From the NCBI GenBank assembly GCA_048270185.1, contig JBLWTJ010000001.1, forward strand, positions 768,001 through 832,000: a stretch of 64,000 nucleotides of DNA, in the 5' to 3' direction. The notes beneath the pieces are model-generated. The model was not told the origin of the DNA. It saw only the letters and a list, made by a program, of their open reading frames with translations, and made no database searches. The stretch comes from Bacteriovoracaceae bacterium (GTDB lineage Bacteria; Bdellovibrionota; Bacteriovoracia; Bacteriovoracales; Bacteriovoracaceae). The position numbers and the translations under genes were made by a program. This document shows positions 45,417-53,991 of the stretch, piece after piece (positions within the stretch are counted from its first letter, which is position 1; each line of letters begins with the position of its first letter).

Positions 45417-46193
45417 CTATTTGAATTCAATTGATAATGGACAGTGATCACTTCCCATCACATCTGGCTGATGCCAACAGTTTTTGACTCTAGAAACAAA
45501 GTCATCTGTCGACCAGAAGTAATCAATACGCCAGCCAACATTCCTTGCACGACAATCTCCTCGGTATGTCCACCATGTGTAGTGGCCATTTTCTTCAGGT
45601 GACGTGAACTCGCGGAAGAGATCAGTAAAGCCTTGGGCCTTAAACTCATCCATCCACTCACGCTCAAGAGGTAAGAATCCTGTCGTCTTTGTATTTGTCT
45701 TTGGATTTGCGAGATCGTTCTCAGTGTGGGCCGTATTATAGTCACCACAGATAACAACTTCTTTCTTTGTCTTCTTCTTTAGAGCTAAGGCCTTATCGGC
45801 AACGGCACGACAGAAGTCCATCTTATATGGAACACGTCCATGATCGCGCTGCCCATTTGGGAAGTAGCAATTAAAGAGAATATAATCATCAAATTCAGAA
45901 ATAATGGTACGTCCTTCACAATCGAACTCAGCAATACCAAGCCCTACGGTGTGCTTAACATTAATTCCTTTACGAACCCAAGTCGCCACACCTGAATAGC
46001 CTTTCTTTTCGGCCGGTGCAATTAACGCTTCATGGTTGTCTGGATTATTTAAGCGATCACTTAATTGTTCAGGTAATGCCTTTGTTTCTTGAAGGCAAAT
46101 TACATCTGAATCATCCTCTAAATACCAATCGTAAAAACCTTTCTTTTCGCAGGCCCTAAGACCTGCGACGTTCCAACTTGAAATCTTAGTCAA
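45417..46193 (-). CDS. xth: Exodeoxyribonuclease III / AP endonuclease
   Basis: SWNVAG, LQETK, KKGYSGV, YFPNG, GDYN, YTWW, GWRIDY, SDHCP. Confidence 0.95.
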   Translation of the reverse strand: MTKISSWNVAGLRACEKKGFYDWYLEDDSDVICLQETKALPEQLSDRLNNPDNHEALIAPAEKKGYSGVATWVRKGINVKHTVGLGIAEFDCEGRTIISEFDDYILFNCYFPNGQRDHGRVPYKMDFCRAVADKALALKKKTKKEVVICGDYNTAHTENDLANPKTNTKTTGFLPLEREWMDEFKAQGFTDLFREFTSPEENGHYTWWTYRGDCRARNVGWRIDYFWSTDDFVSRVKNCWHQPDVMGSDHCPLSIEFK

Positions 46194-46195
46194 AA

Positions 46196-46963
46196 CTAGG
46201 CTCCTAGAATTGAAATACCAGAGTCAACGTAGAGAACTTGTCCTGTTACACCATTGGCAAGCCTTGATCCTAAGAAGACAGCAGCTCCACCAACATCTTC
46301 AGGTGTCACATTACGACGAAGTGGTGATTTCTCTTCAACATCATTTAAGAAACCTTTAAGCCCTGGAACACCAGAAGCTGCAAGAGTTCTAATTGGACCT
46401 GCAGAGATACAGTTTACACGAATTCCTTCTGGCCCTAAGTCGTCTGCCAGGTATCTCATTGTTGACTCAAGAGAAGCCTTAGCAACACCCATTACATTGT
46501 ATCCATTTAGAACCTTTACTGATCCATGATATGTAAGAGCTAGAACTGAACAATCCTTTGCCATTAATGGCTTTAGCACGTTACACACACCTAGTAGAGA
46601 GTATGCTGAAATATCCTGTGCCATCTTAAATCCATCACGGCTTGTTTTATGGAAACGATCTTTAAGATCCGTTTTATCTGCAAATGCAAGAGAGTGAACA
46701 ATAACATCAACCTCCCCCCATTTTTCTTTTACAATGTCGGCCATCTTCGTCATGTGTTCTTCATTTTGAACGTCTAATTCAAATGTGAACTCTCCACCAA
46801 TTTGATCACTAAGTGGTTCAACTCTTTTTTGAAGTGCTTCATTTAAGTAAGAGAATGCAAGACGTGCACCTTGCTCTTTCATTTGTGTAGCGATTCCCCA
46901 TGCAATTGATTTATCATTTGCAAGGCCTAGGATTAGAACTTTCTTTCCTTCTAAAATTCCCAT
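46196..46963 (-). CDS. fabI: Enoyl-ACP reductase
   Basis: GLANDKSIAWGIA, VHSLAFA, YNVMGVAKASLE, ISAGPIRTLAASG. Confidence 0.97.
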   Translation of the reverse strand: MGILEGKKVLILGLANDKSIAWGIATQMKEQGARLAFSYLNEALQKRVEPLSDQIGGEFTFELDVQNEEHMTKMADIVKEKWGEVDVIVHSLAFADKTDLKDRFHKTSRDGFKMAQDISAYSLLGVCNVLKPLMAKDCSVLALTYHGSVKVLNGYNVMGVAKASLESTMRYLADDLGPEGIRVNCISAGPIRTLAASGVPGLKGFLNDVEEKSPLRRNVTPEDVGGAAVFLGSRLANGVTGQVLYVDSGISILGA

Positions 46964-46985
46964 TAATATCTCCTTTTAAAATTCT

Positions 46986-47663
46986 TTATTTATCAAATTT
47001 ATAACCCACAGATCGAATTGAAATAAAATGCTTCGGATCCTTTGGATTTTCTTCGAAGTATTTTCTAAGTCTCACTATGAAGTTGTCAATTGTACGTGTC
47101 ATTGAATCCTTTTTGTAGCCTAATAATTCAAGTAACTCGCCGCGCGTGACAACCTGACCCTCATTTTGAGTCAAAAGTGTCAAAATTCGCATTTCTTGCT
47201 CTGTTAAAGTATGTTCCTGACTACCAGCATAGGCCTTAAAATCATTAAAATAGATCTTATTATTTCCAAATTCATAAACCTCGACTTCTTTCCTTGTCCA
47301 GCTTGAACGTTTTAAAAGTCTCTTTACTCGCAGTATAAATTCATCGAGATTAAAAGGTTTTGAAAGATAATCATCAGTACCCAGATTAAAACAACGTACT
47401 TTTGATTTTGAACTATCCTTGGCAGATAAAACAAGAACTGGAGTTTTTTCATTAACAGCTCGAATTTCAACAAGTACGTCTTCTCCACTCATTCCTGGTA
47501 ACATGAGATCGAGAACAACTAAGTCATATGATCCTTCACGATATTTTTCGATACCAAGGTCACCACGGTCAGCGTGCTCGACTTCGTACCCTTCAAGCTC
47601 AAGGTTTAAGATAATTCCCTTGGCAATATTTTGCTCATCTTCAATAAGTAAAATACGACTCAT
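46986..47663 (-). CDS. OmpR-family response regulator
   Basis: ILLIEDE, VLDLMLPG, DYLSKPF, RTIDNFIVRLRK, IRSVGY. Confidence 0.95.
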   Translation of the reverse strand: MSRILLIEDEQNIAKGIILNLELEGYEVEHADRGDLGIEKYREGSYDLVVLDLMLPGMSGEDVLVEIRAVNEKTPVLVLSAKDSSKSKVRCFNLGTDDYLSKPFNLDEFILRVKRLLKRSSWTRKEVEVYEFGNNKIYFNDFKAYAGSQEHTLTEQEMRILTLLTQNEGQVVTRGELLELLGYKKDSMTRTIDNFIVRLRKYFEENPKDPKHFISIRSVGYKFDK

Positions 47664-47671
47664 TTTAGTTC

Positions 47672-48619
47672 CTATTTTTTAAAAGTAATTTTGATTGTAA
47701 GCCCTTGATCAATTCCTTCAGAGCTTGCACTAATACGCCCACCATGTAGACGCATAATTTGTGTGGCCATATAAAGTCCAACACCACTTCCCTTAGAAGA
47801 CTTACCTACTTGATAGAATTTTTTAAAAATATTCTTTATCTCGTTTGGAGAAATTCCATCGCCATTATCCACAAAGAATAACTCGAGGAAGCGCTTATTC
47901 TCTTTTAAGATGACTTCTAATTTTTTGTCTCTCTTACTATTGTATCGAATAGCATTTGTTAAAATATTCATTAAAAGAATATCAAAGAGCTTCTTATCAA
48001 ATTCAATTGTGACATCATCTTCTAAATGAATAAAAGATAGATCTAGTTCTGAAAAGATATGGCCATTTCTTTCAACAAAATCTTCAATCGTTGCACGAAT
48101 ACTAATAAGTCTTAGGTCTGGCTCAACTTTCTTCTCCTCTATTCGACCGAGTTGAAGAATCTGTTCAATATTATCCCCTAATCTTTCTGTATCGTGTTTC
48201 ATAATATCGAGGTATTCAATTTGCTTAGGTCTTGGAAATTCGTGGCGCTTTAATGTATCGATAAAAATCGACATCGAGGCCACAGGAGTTTTTAACTCAT
48301 GAGTGAAACCATTTATAAAGTTTTGCTGCATTCGATAAAGCTGTCTTAATTTTTGGTAATAATAGAAAACGATACTAAACCCAGCAATAATGAGTCCGAC
48401 TAGAATTGAAAGAACCAGGATCATAACCCACGTCTGAGTTTGCTGAAATTTAACAAGTGGAATACTTGATTTATTAACAAAATCAGAAAGCTTTTGATTC
48501 ACTTCCAAATAAGAATAAATATATAGGTATAGAGACGTCCCTAGTGCGATTAAGGATGCAATAAAGATAAAAACAGGATGCAGGAAAACTGGCCCACGAC
48601 GTATAAGTGACATTTGCAA
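47672..48619 (-). CDS. Sensor histidine kinase (2 TM, short loop)
   Basis: THELKTPV, NILTNAIRY, DNGDG, GSGVGL. Start could be ATG 48613. Confidence 0.92.
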   Translation of the reverse strand: MQMSLIRRGPVFLHPVFIFIASLIALGTSLYLYIYSYLEVNQKLSDFVNKSSIPLVKFQQTQTWVMILVLSILVGLIIAGFSIVFYYYQKLRQLYRMQQNFINGFTHELKTPVASMSIFIDTLKRHEFPRPKQIEYLDIMKHDTERLGDNIEQILQLGRIEEKKVEPDLRLISIRATIEDFVERNGHIFSELDLSFIHLEDDVTIEFDKKLFDILLMNILTNAIRYNSKRDKKLEVILKENKRFLELFFVDNGDGISPNEIKNIFKKFYQVGKSSKGSGVGLYMATQIMRLHGGRISASSEGIDQGLTIKITFKK

Positions 48620-48678
48620 ATTTTAGCAATTAAAGGCACTATTAGTTAAGGAAAAATTCATTTATTGAGGTTAAAACA

Positions 48679-49347
48679 ATGCAAGACTTAGCAAAATATA
48701 TCGATCATACTTTATTAAAACCAGAGGCAACTGCTGATCAAATCAAAAAGCTATGCCTAGAGGCCAATGAATATGGTTTTAAGTCGGTTTGTATTAATCC
48801 ATCAAATATTGCAGAAGCCAAACTCCACCTCGATCTAAGTAAGTCGCTCATTTGTACTGTTATCGGCTTCCCACTTGGGGCCATGACCACTGAAGCAAAG
48901 GTCTTTGAAGCTAAGGATGCTATCGAAAAAGGTGCAGGTGAAATTGATATGGTTTTAAATATCGGACGCTTAAAAGCAGGAGATCTTGACTATGTTCAAG
49001 AGGATATTGCCCAAGTTGTTAAGGCCTGTGGCCAGAAGTTAGTAAAAGTTATATTTGAAACATGCCTTCTCAATGAGAAAGAAATTCGTTTAGCGGCCAA
49101 AGCATCTATCAATGCAGGAGCAGCATTTATTAAGACCTCAACAGGCTTTAATTCATCAGGAGCAAACCCGGAAGTAGTTGCAATCATGTTGGAAGAGGCC
49201 AAAAATCACTGTGAAGTGAAGGCTTCAGGCGGTGTAAGAAGTGTTGAGGATGCAAGAAAATATATTGAAATGGGTGTGACAAGACTTGGTACAAGTTCAG
49301 GCGTGGCCATTGTAAATGGTGAAAATTCTACGGGGGGCGCTTACTAG
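48679..49347 (+). CDS. deoC: Deoxyribose-phosphate aldolase
   Basis: IDHTLLKP, TVIGFPLG, EIDMV, KVIFET, FIKTSTGF, KASGG, RLGTS. Confidence 0.97.
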   Translation: MQDLAKYIDHTLLKPEATADQIKKLCLEANEYGFKSVCINPSNIAEAKLHLDLSKSLICTVIGFPLGAMTTEAKVFEAKDAIEKGAGEIDMVLNIGRLKAGDLDYVQEDIAQVVKACGQKLVKVIFETCLLNEKEIRLAAKASINAGAAFIKTSTGFNSSGANPEVVAIMLEEAKNHCEVKASGGVRSVEDARKYIEMGVTRLGTSSGVAIVNGENSTGGAY

Positions 49348-49417
49348 CCTGTAAGTTTACAAGTATTTATGCTATTGTTATCTTCGTGCAAGAGAGAGTT
49401 TCCAACTAGGAGATTGT

Positions 49418-49708
49418 ATGAAGTTTATTTGCCTGTTCACTTTTCTATTTTCACTCTCGGCTTCGTTCGCACATGCCGCTCCTTGTGAACAACTTGATCA
49501 AAATATCGCCTACGACAACACTCGAAAATTCATTAAAATTAAAAAACAAATTCAAGAAGAAAAGAATAAAATTTCAGCAGATATCTCAAAACAAATCGAT
49601 ACACTAATTGAAAGTACAAGACGCTACTACTTCCGTTCAAAGTGTCAGAGTTTAAAAACTCAGCAAATGGGAATCCTATTACAATTAAACGACCTTAAGA
49701 GACTATAA
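49418..49708 (+). CDS. Small secreted hypothetical protein
   Basis: AGGAG RBS; signal peptide ending AHA; one Cys pair. Confidence 0.7.
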   Translation: MKFICLFTFLFSLSASFAHAAPCEQLDQNIAYDNTRKFIKIKKQIQEEKNKISADISKQIDTLIESTRRYYFRSKCQSLKTQQMGILLQLNDLKRL

Positions 49709-49787
49709 GCTAGTTTAAGTATTTCTTTACCGTTGCCTACCTATTTTTCCATCTTAGGAAATGCCAAGATAGCTTACAAGACAAGTT

Positions 49788-50069
49788 ATGGCATTACCAC
49801 GGAAGGTTGAAATGGAAAAATTAAGTATTTCAAAACACGCACAAAGAAGACTTCTTGAAAGGCATATTCACTTTAACGAATTCGATTATGCAAGACTTAG
49901 TGAAGCGGCCATGCGTCTAAAAGAAAAAGGTTCAAAGGAATCTCTTGTCATCACAGAGGATGCTGCTTTCATTCTCGATATAGCCCACTTCTGTTTAATC
50001 ACGGCAATGAGACGTGAAGAGATGGCCGATAATATCTTTACTAAAATAGATGCAACATTGGTCTTATAG
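49788..50069 (+). CDS. Flagellar operon protein (TIGR02530-like)
   Basis: SKHAQRRL, KGSKESLV, LITAM, NIFTKIDA motifs. Start may be ATG 49812 after GGAAGG. Confidence 0.75.
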   Translation: MALPRKVEMEKLSISKHAQRRLLERHIHFNEFDYARLSEAAMRLKEKGSKESLVITEDAAFILDIAHFCLITAMRREEMADNIFTKIDATLVL

Positions 50070-50071
50070 AT

Positions 50072-51106
50072 TTACAGATTATTCCAAAAATTTGCATCAA
50101 GGCCACCATGGGCAACAAGGTCATTTCCAGATCCAGGAACGGCACCATTAAAGATAAGCTTATTATTTACACTTTCAAAAACTGAAGTTGTAAGAATATT
50201 ACTTCCTTCCATATTCCCTACTTCCATAACTTGGACAACTTTACGTCCACCATCTTGAGTTTTTCCAAGCTGAATAATATAGTCAACGGCCGTCGAGATA
50301 TAGCGTCTAACAACATGGTATGGAATTTCGATTCCGGCCATGAGAAATAAGGCCTCAACTCTTTGTAAGCATTCAAGGCATGAATTTGAGTGGATCGAAG
50401 TCATGCTTCCATCATGTCCAGTATTCATGGCCTGAATCATATCAAAAACTTCTGCACCTCGAACCTCTCCTAGAATAATACGATCAGGGCGCATTCGAAG
50501 AGTATTCTTAACAAGGTCACTCATTTCAATTGCATCTTGACCGGAGCGACTTAGTCCCGATTCCAGACGAACTGTATTAAGATTATTAACAACGAGTTCA
50601 AGAGTATCCTCAATGGTAATAATTCGATCTTCTGGGGCCATCTCTTTTAAAAGCATATTCATAAAAGTTGTCTTTCCAGAACCTGTCCCACCAGAAATTA
50701 GAATATTCTTCTTAGCTTTAATCAGTGATCGAAAGAAAGGCACTAGGTTTTGATCAATTCCAAAGAATTGTGCATGTTTTTCTAATTGAAAATTATTCGA
50801 TAGATACTTTCTAATTGTGATCGATGTTCCACCTGAAGCGTAAGGCTCACCAATGATATTGATACGAGAACCATCAGGAAGTCTACCATCTAAGATTGGC
50901 TCATGAGTTGAAAATTCTTTCTTATTAAAGATTGCTACTTCATTAGCGAACTCTAAAATATCGCGTTTATTGATAGGAACGTTTAGACCGATAAACTCTC
51001 CACCTCTTTCAACAAAGACATTCTTTGCTCCATTAATGACGATTTCAGAAATTCCTTTCTTCGTCGATAAATCTTCTAGCATTTTCCATATACTATTTTC
51101 GGCCAT
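50072..51106 (-). CDS. CpaF/TadA/VirB11 family ATPase (orphan)
   Basis: DGRLPDGSRIN, SGGTGSGKTT, TIEDTLEL, LRMRPDRIILGEVRG, MNTGHDGS. Confidence 0.92.
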   Translation of the reverse strand: MAENSIWKMLEDLSTKKGISEIVINGAKNVFVERGGEFIGLNVPINKRDILEFANEVAIFNKKEFSTHEPILDGRLPDGSRINIIGEPYASGGTSITIRKYLSNNFQLEKHAQFFGIDQNLVPFFRSLIKAKKNILISGGTGSGKTTFMNMLLKEMAPEDRIITIEDTLELVVNNLNTVRLESGLSRSGQDAIEMSDLVKNTLRMRPDRIILGEVRGAEVFDMIQAMNTGHDGSMTSIHSNSCLECLQRVEALFLMAGIEIPYHVVRRYISTAVDYIIQLGKTQDGGRKVVQVMEVGNMEGSNILTTSVFESVNNKLIFNGAVPGSGNDLVAHGGLDANFWNNL

Positions 51107-51117
51107 GGGCTTCCTTC

Positions 51118-51795
51118 TTACACAGTCTTTGCATCAATGAGATCAAAGTCTCCGATACTCAAAGCGTAGTTAATTATATTCTTTTGTAATTGTCTCTTTT
51201 GCGGTGGCTCTAGCATTGACTCAATCATATCAAAACTCGATTTGGCCTTCATTAAACCAAAGAGTTTTTCTTCCCCAAGATAATTAAGAAAGTGCATAAG
51301 CATAAGAATTAGAATATCAATTCGAACATTTCGATTTTTAGAACCCGCTAAAAGTGCATCTATTCGATGATCAGGATAATAAGGGTGGTCTTCAATATTG
51401 GAAATATCAGATTCAACACATGAAACCTTAAGGTAGAAACCAAGTGAGATTAATCTTGAATAACCACTTACAGTTTTATCTCTAAATCGATTTTCAATTT
51501 TTTTAATATCTTCAACTTCATCGACTACGACAGCATGAGGATGATTACTATTATGCAAGAAATTAACATAGTAAGCTAAGAGTCGATCTCTAATTCCATG
51601 CCAACCATATTTTTTTACAAGTGAAGTTAAATCAGTTTCTTCCCCACCATTTAAAATACGATAAAGTATCCTCGCCATAGCAGGCGATTGAAAAATATAT
51701 TGTTGTAAATCAATTGATGTGTTGCTTGAACTTGAGACGTCACTAATAAGTAGCTGACAAAAACCCTCAGGAAGCTCTACGTAGTCTAATTCCAT
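51118..51795 (-). CDS. Hypothetical protein, possibly degenerate HDOD domain
   Basis: LPEGFCQLL...DLQQYIFQSPAMARILYRILN...LVKKYGWHGIRD resembles the HDOD N-terminal helix pattern. Confidence 0.5.
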   Translation of the reverse strand: MELDYVELPEGFCQLLISDVSSSSNTSIDLQQYIFQSPAMARILYRILNGGEETDLTSLVKKYGWHGIRDRLLAYYVNFLHNSNHPHAVVVDEVEDIKKIENRFRDKTVSGYSRLISLGFYLKVSCVESDISNIEDHPYYPDHRIDALLAGSKNRNVRIDILILMLMHFLNYLGEEKLFGLMKAKSSFDMIESMLEPPQKRQLQKNIINYALSIGDFDLIDAKTV

Positions 51796-51868
51796 AAATA
51801 TATTCTAAATGAGATTTAAACGAGATTCCAGCTTTATATTACCCTAGACCTACTGCTATAATAGAGTA

Positions 51869-52360
51869 ATGAAAACACCTATTCTTGAAGAGTTTAAACT
51901 CAAGTCTATTGATAAGGAAGAAATCCAAGCTGCGATTAAATCATTTCGTGTTGGTCATCAACCACTCTTCCTTGATGCATCCAAACTTGAAAGAGATCGA
52001 TTAATTAAGCTTTTAGGTCTTCTCTCTAATTGTCTTGAAGAGCAGAATCTTTCACCAAAATTCCCATACCCTTTTTATGTAATCTCTGAAATAGAAGATA
52101 TTTGGACCGGCTTTCCGGTTTTTAAAACACTAGAAGATCTACCAACTTATTATCAATTTGAAGCAACGAGACCGACAAATAAAGAACAAAAGGTTTTAGA
52201 TTTTATCGATATCTCTGCATCAAATATACGTAACGAAGATGTGCAATTATGTCTTGATGAATTTGGACGTACCATTTCTTCGCAACGAATTATTAAGGCC
52301 CTATCAAAAGAGGGTCATAAATTAGAGAAAATTCTCAAAATATTGGAAGCTGAAAAATGA
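51869..52360 (+). CDS. Hypothetical protein
   Basis: 163-aa ORF overlapping the next gene by ATGA. Confidence 0.72.
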   Translation: MKTPILEEFKLKSIDKEEIQAAIKSFRVGHQPLFLDASKLERDRLIKLLGLLSNCLEEQNLSPKFPYPFYVISEIEDIWTGFPVFKTLEDLPTYYQFEATRPTNKEQKVLDFIDISASNIRNEDVQLCLDEFGRTISSQRIIKALSKEGHKLEKILKILEAEK

Positions 52361-52698
52361 GCGATAACGACGACGATATCAAGAAGATTGATAAGCATAT
52401 TCGTAAGGTCTTAGGAGATGAGTTTGCTCCTGCGCAAACACGTCCCCTTCAACAAAATGATGGGCATAAGCTGACGAACTTCTTAGATATTGAAAAGAAC
52501 AGGATCAAGCAATTAAAGGACTTTTTCCAAACACGTATTCCCAATGTAATTGAACTCAATCAATTTGATGAACTTATGCAGGAATTAGTGGAATACAATG
52601 ACAGCTTACGCGCCCGAGTGTTAAAGAAAACCATGCAAAAAGACTCTAAAATGAGCAATAATCTTAAACAAATATTTAATAAGACATTCATCGAATAA
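52357..52698 (+). CDS. Hypothetical protein
   Basis: 113-aa ORF, translationally coupled to the previous gene. Confidence 0.68.
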   Translation: MSDNDDDIKKIDKHIRKVLGDEFAPAQTRPLQQNDGHKLTNFLDIEKNRIKQLKDFFQTRIPNVIELNQFDELMQELVEYNDSLRARVLKKTMQKDSKMSNNLKQIFNKTFIE

Positions 52699-52708
52699 GG
52701 AGTTGATA

Positions 52709-53212
52709 ATGAAGAAGTTTATGCTGTTAGCACTACTATGTGCAACGACAATGGCCATTAGACCAGAGACTGTTGAAATCTCAGGAGATAATGGTGGACG
52801 CCTTGATGGAAAGGCTTGGTCATCAAATGAGCTAAAGGGAAAAGTACACGTTCTCTTCTACGTTGATCCAGATGAAAAAGATCTTAACAATCACGCTTCA
52901 GAAGCTCTTGCGAATGAGAAATTTGACCGCAAGAAATACGGTTCAGTTGCTGTTATTAATATGGATGCAACTTGGCTTCCAAATTCAATCCTAGAAGGTG
53001 CTCTTGAAGATAAGCAAAAGAAGTACCCAGATACTCTTTACGTAAAAGACCTTGAAAAAGTTCTAGTTAAGAAGTGGGACGGAATTGTAAAAGATGATGA
53101 TTCAAATATCATCGTTTTTGATAAAGGTGGAAATATCATCTTTAAAATCAATGGAAAAGCATCTGAAAAACAAGTTCAAGAAATGATCGGTCTGATCAAA
53201 AAGAATATGTAG
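52709..53212 (+). CDS. YtfJ family (thioredoxin-like fold) periplasmic protein
   Basis: Signal peptide; WSSNELKGKVHVLFY, AVINMDATW, IIVFDKGG; ATG 52709 follows AAGGAG. Confidence 0.85.
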   Translation: MKKFMLLALLCATTMAIRPETVEISGDNGGRLDGKAWSSNELKGKVHVLFYVDPDEKDLNNHASEALANEKFDRKKYGSVAVINMDATWLPNSILEGALEDKQKKYPDTLYVKDLEKVLVKKWDGIVKDDDSNIIVFDKGGNIIFKINGKASEKQVQEMIGLIKKNM

Positions 53213-53248
53213 GGTGCCATGCTCCTTTGGTTTCGCACCTGCTAAATA
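53209..53248 (+). repeat. GTAG-type REP, left copy
   Basis: GTAG + GGTGC-CATGCTCCTTTGGTTTC-GCACC + TGCTAAATA; 53213-53248 is 35/36 identical to the inverted copy at 53953-53988. Confidence 0.85.
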
Positions 53249-53273
53249 AAAGGCTCCACAAGGAGCCTTTTTT
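53248..53273. terminator. Rho-independent terminator (possibly bidirectional)
   Basis: AAAAGGCTCC-ACAA-GGAGCCTTTTTT. Confidence 0.88.
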
Positions 53274-53350
53274 ATTTCAAAATTAAAATAATAACTTATT
53301 TATTAAATTTATCACTAATTACCGCCTGATTTAGTGCTAGTCGATACGAC

Positions 53351-53959
53351 ATGCCAAGAAAATCAATTATTAGAACAAATGAATTTCCCTATCATGTCTA
53401 TATCAGGACAAATAACAAAGAATGGTTTGATATACCAATGCCCAGAGTTTGGCATATCTGTCAAAAGTCGATTAAATACGCACTTAATAATATCCAAGTT
53501 GATATTCAAGCATTTGTCTTAATGTCTAATCACTATCACCTACTTATCTGGACACCTAATAGTGATATCGATAAGTTCATGTTCTACTTGAATTCACATT
53601 TAAGTAAGCTAATTAGAAAAGAAAATGGAAGAGTTAACCGAATATTTGGAGATCGTTATAAGTGGAGTTTAATACAAGATCAACAGTATTATCTAACTGT
53701 TTTAAGATATATTTACCAAAATCCTAATCGTAAGAACTTGACCGATAAATGTGAGGATTATGAATACTCTACACTCTACTACTATCTAAAAGGATTAAAC
53801 TTAGGCTACAAACTAAAAGACCCTATACACGGTGACATTAATAATTTTTTAGAATGGGTTAACCAAGAAGATAAGAAATTATCAAATAGCATGATTCGAG
53901 ATTCTTTAGGCCGTCCCATATTTAAAATAAAAGCAACTCGATCCTCAAGGCGTATTTAG
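53351..53959 (+). CDS. REP-associated tyrosine transposase (RAYT; IS200-like Y1 HUH)
   Basis: MPR...YHVYIRTNN, FVLMSNHYHLL (HUH), YIYQNP (catalytic Tyr), YEYST. Confidence 0.92.
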   Translation: MPRKSIIRTNEFPYHVYIRTNNKEWFDIPMPRVWHICQKSIKYALNNIQVDIQAFVLMSNHYHLLIWTPNSDIDKFMFYLNSHLSKLIRKENGRVNRIFGDRYKWSLIQDQQYYLTVLRYIYQNPNRKNLTDKCEDYEYSTLYYYLKGLNLGYKLKDPIHGDINNFLEWVNQEDKKLSNSMIRDSLGRPIFKIKATRSSRRI

Positions 53960-53991
53960 CACGTGCGAAACCAAAGGAGCATGGCACCTAC
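53953..53991 (-). repeat. GTAG-type REP, right copy
   Basis: Minus strand GTAG + GTGC-CATGCTCCTTTGGTTTC-GCAC + GTGCTAAATA. Confidence 0.85.

Larger units (their letters stand above)
53209..53991 (+). mobile_element. RAYT-REP module (REPtron-like)
   Basis: HUH/Y1 transposase gene enclosed by two inverted GTAG REPs, between convergent host genes. Confidence 0.8.
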
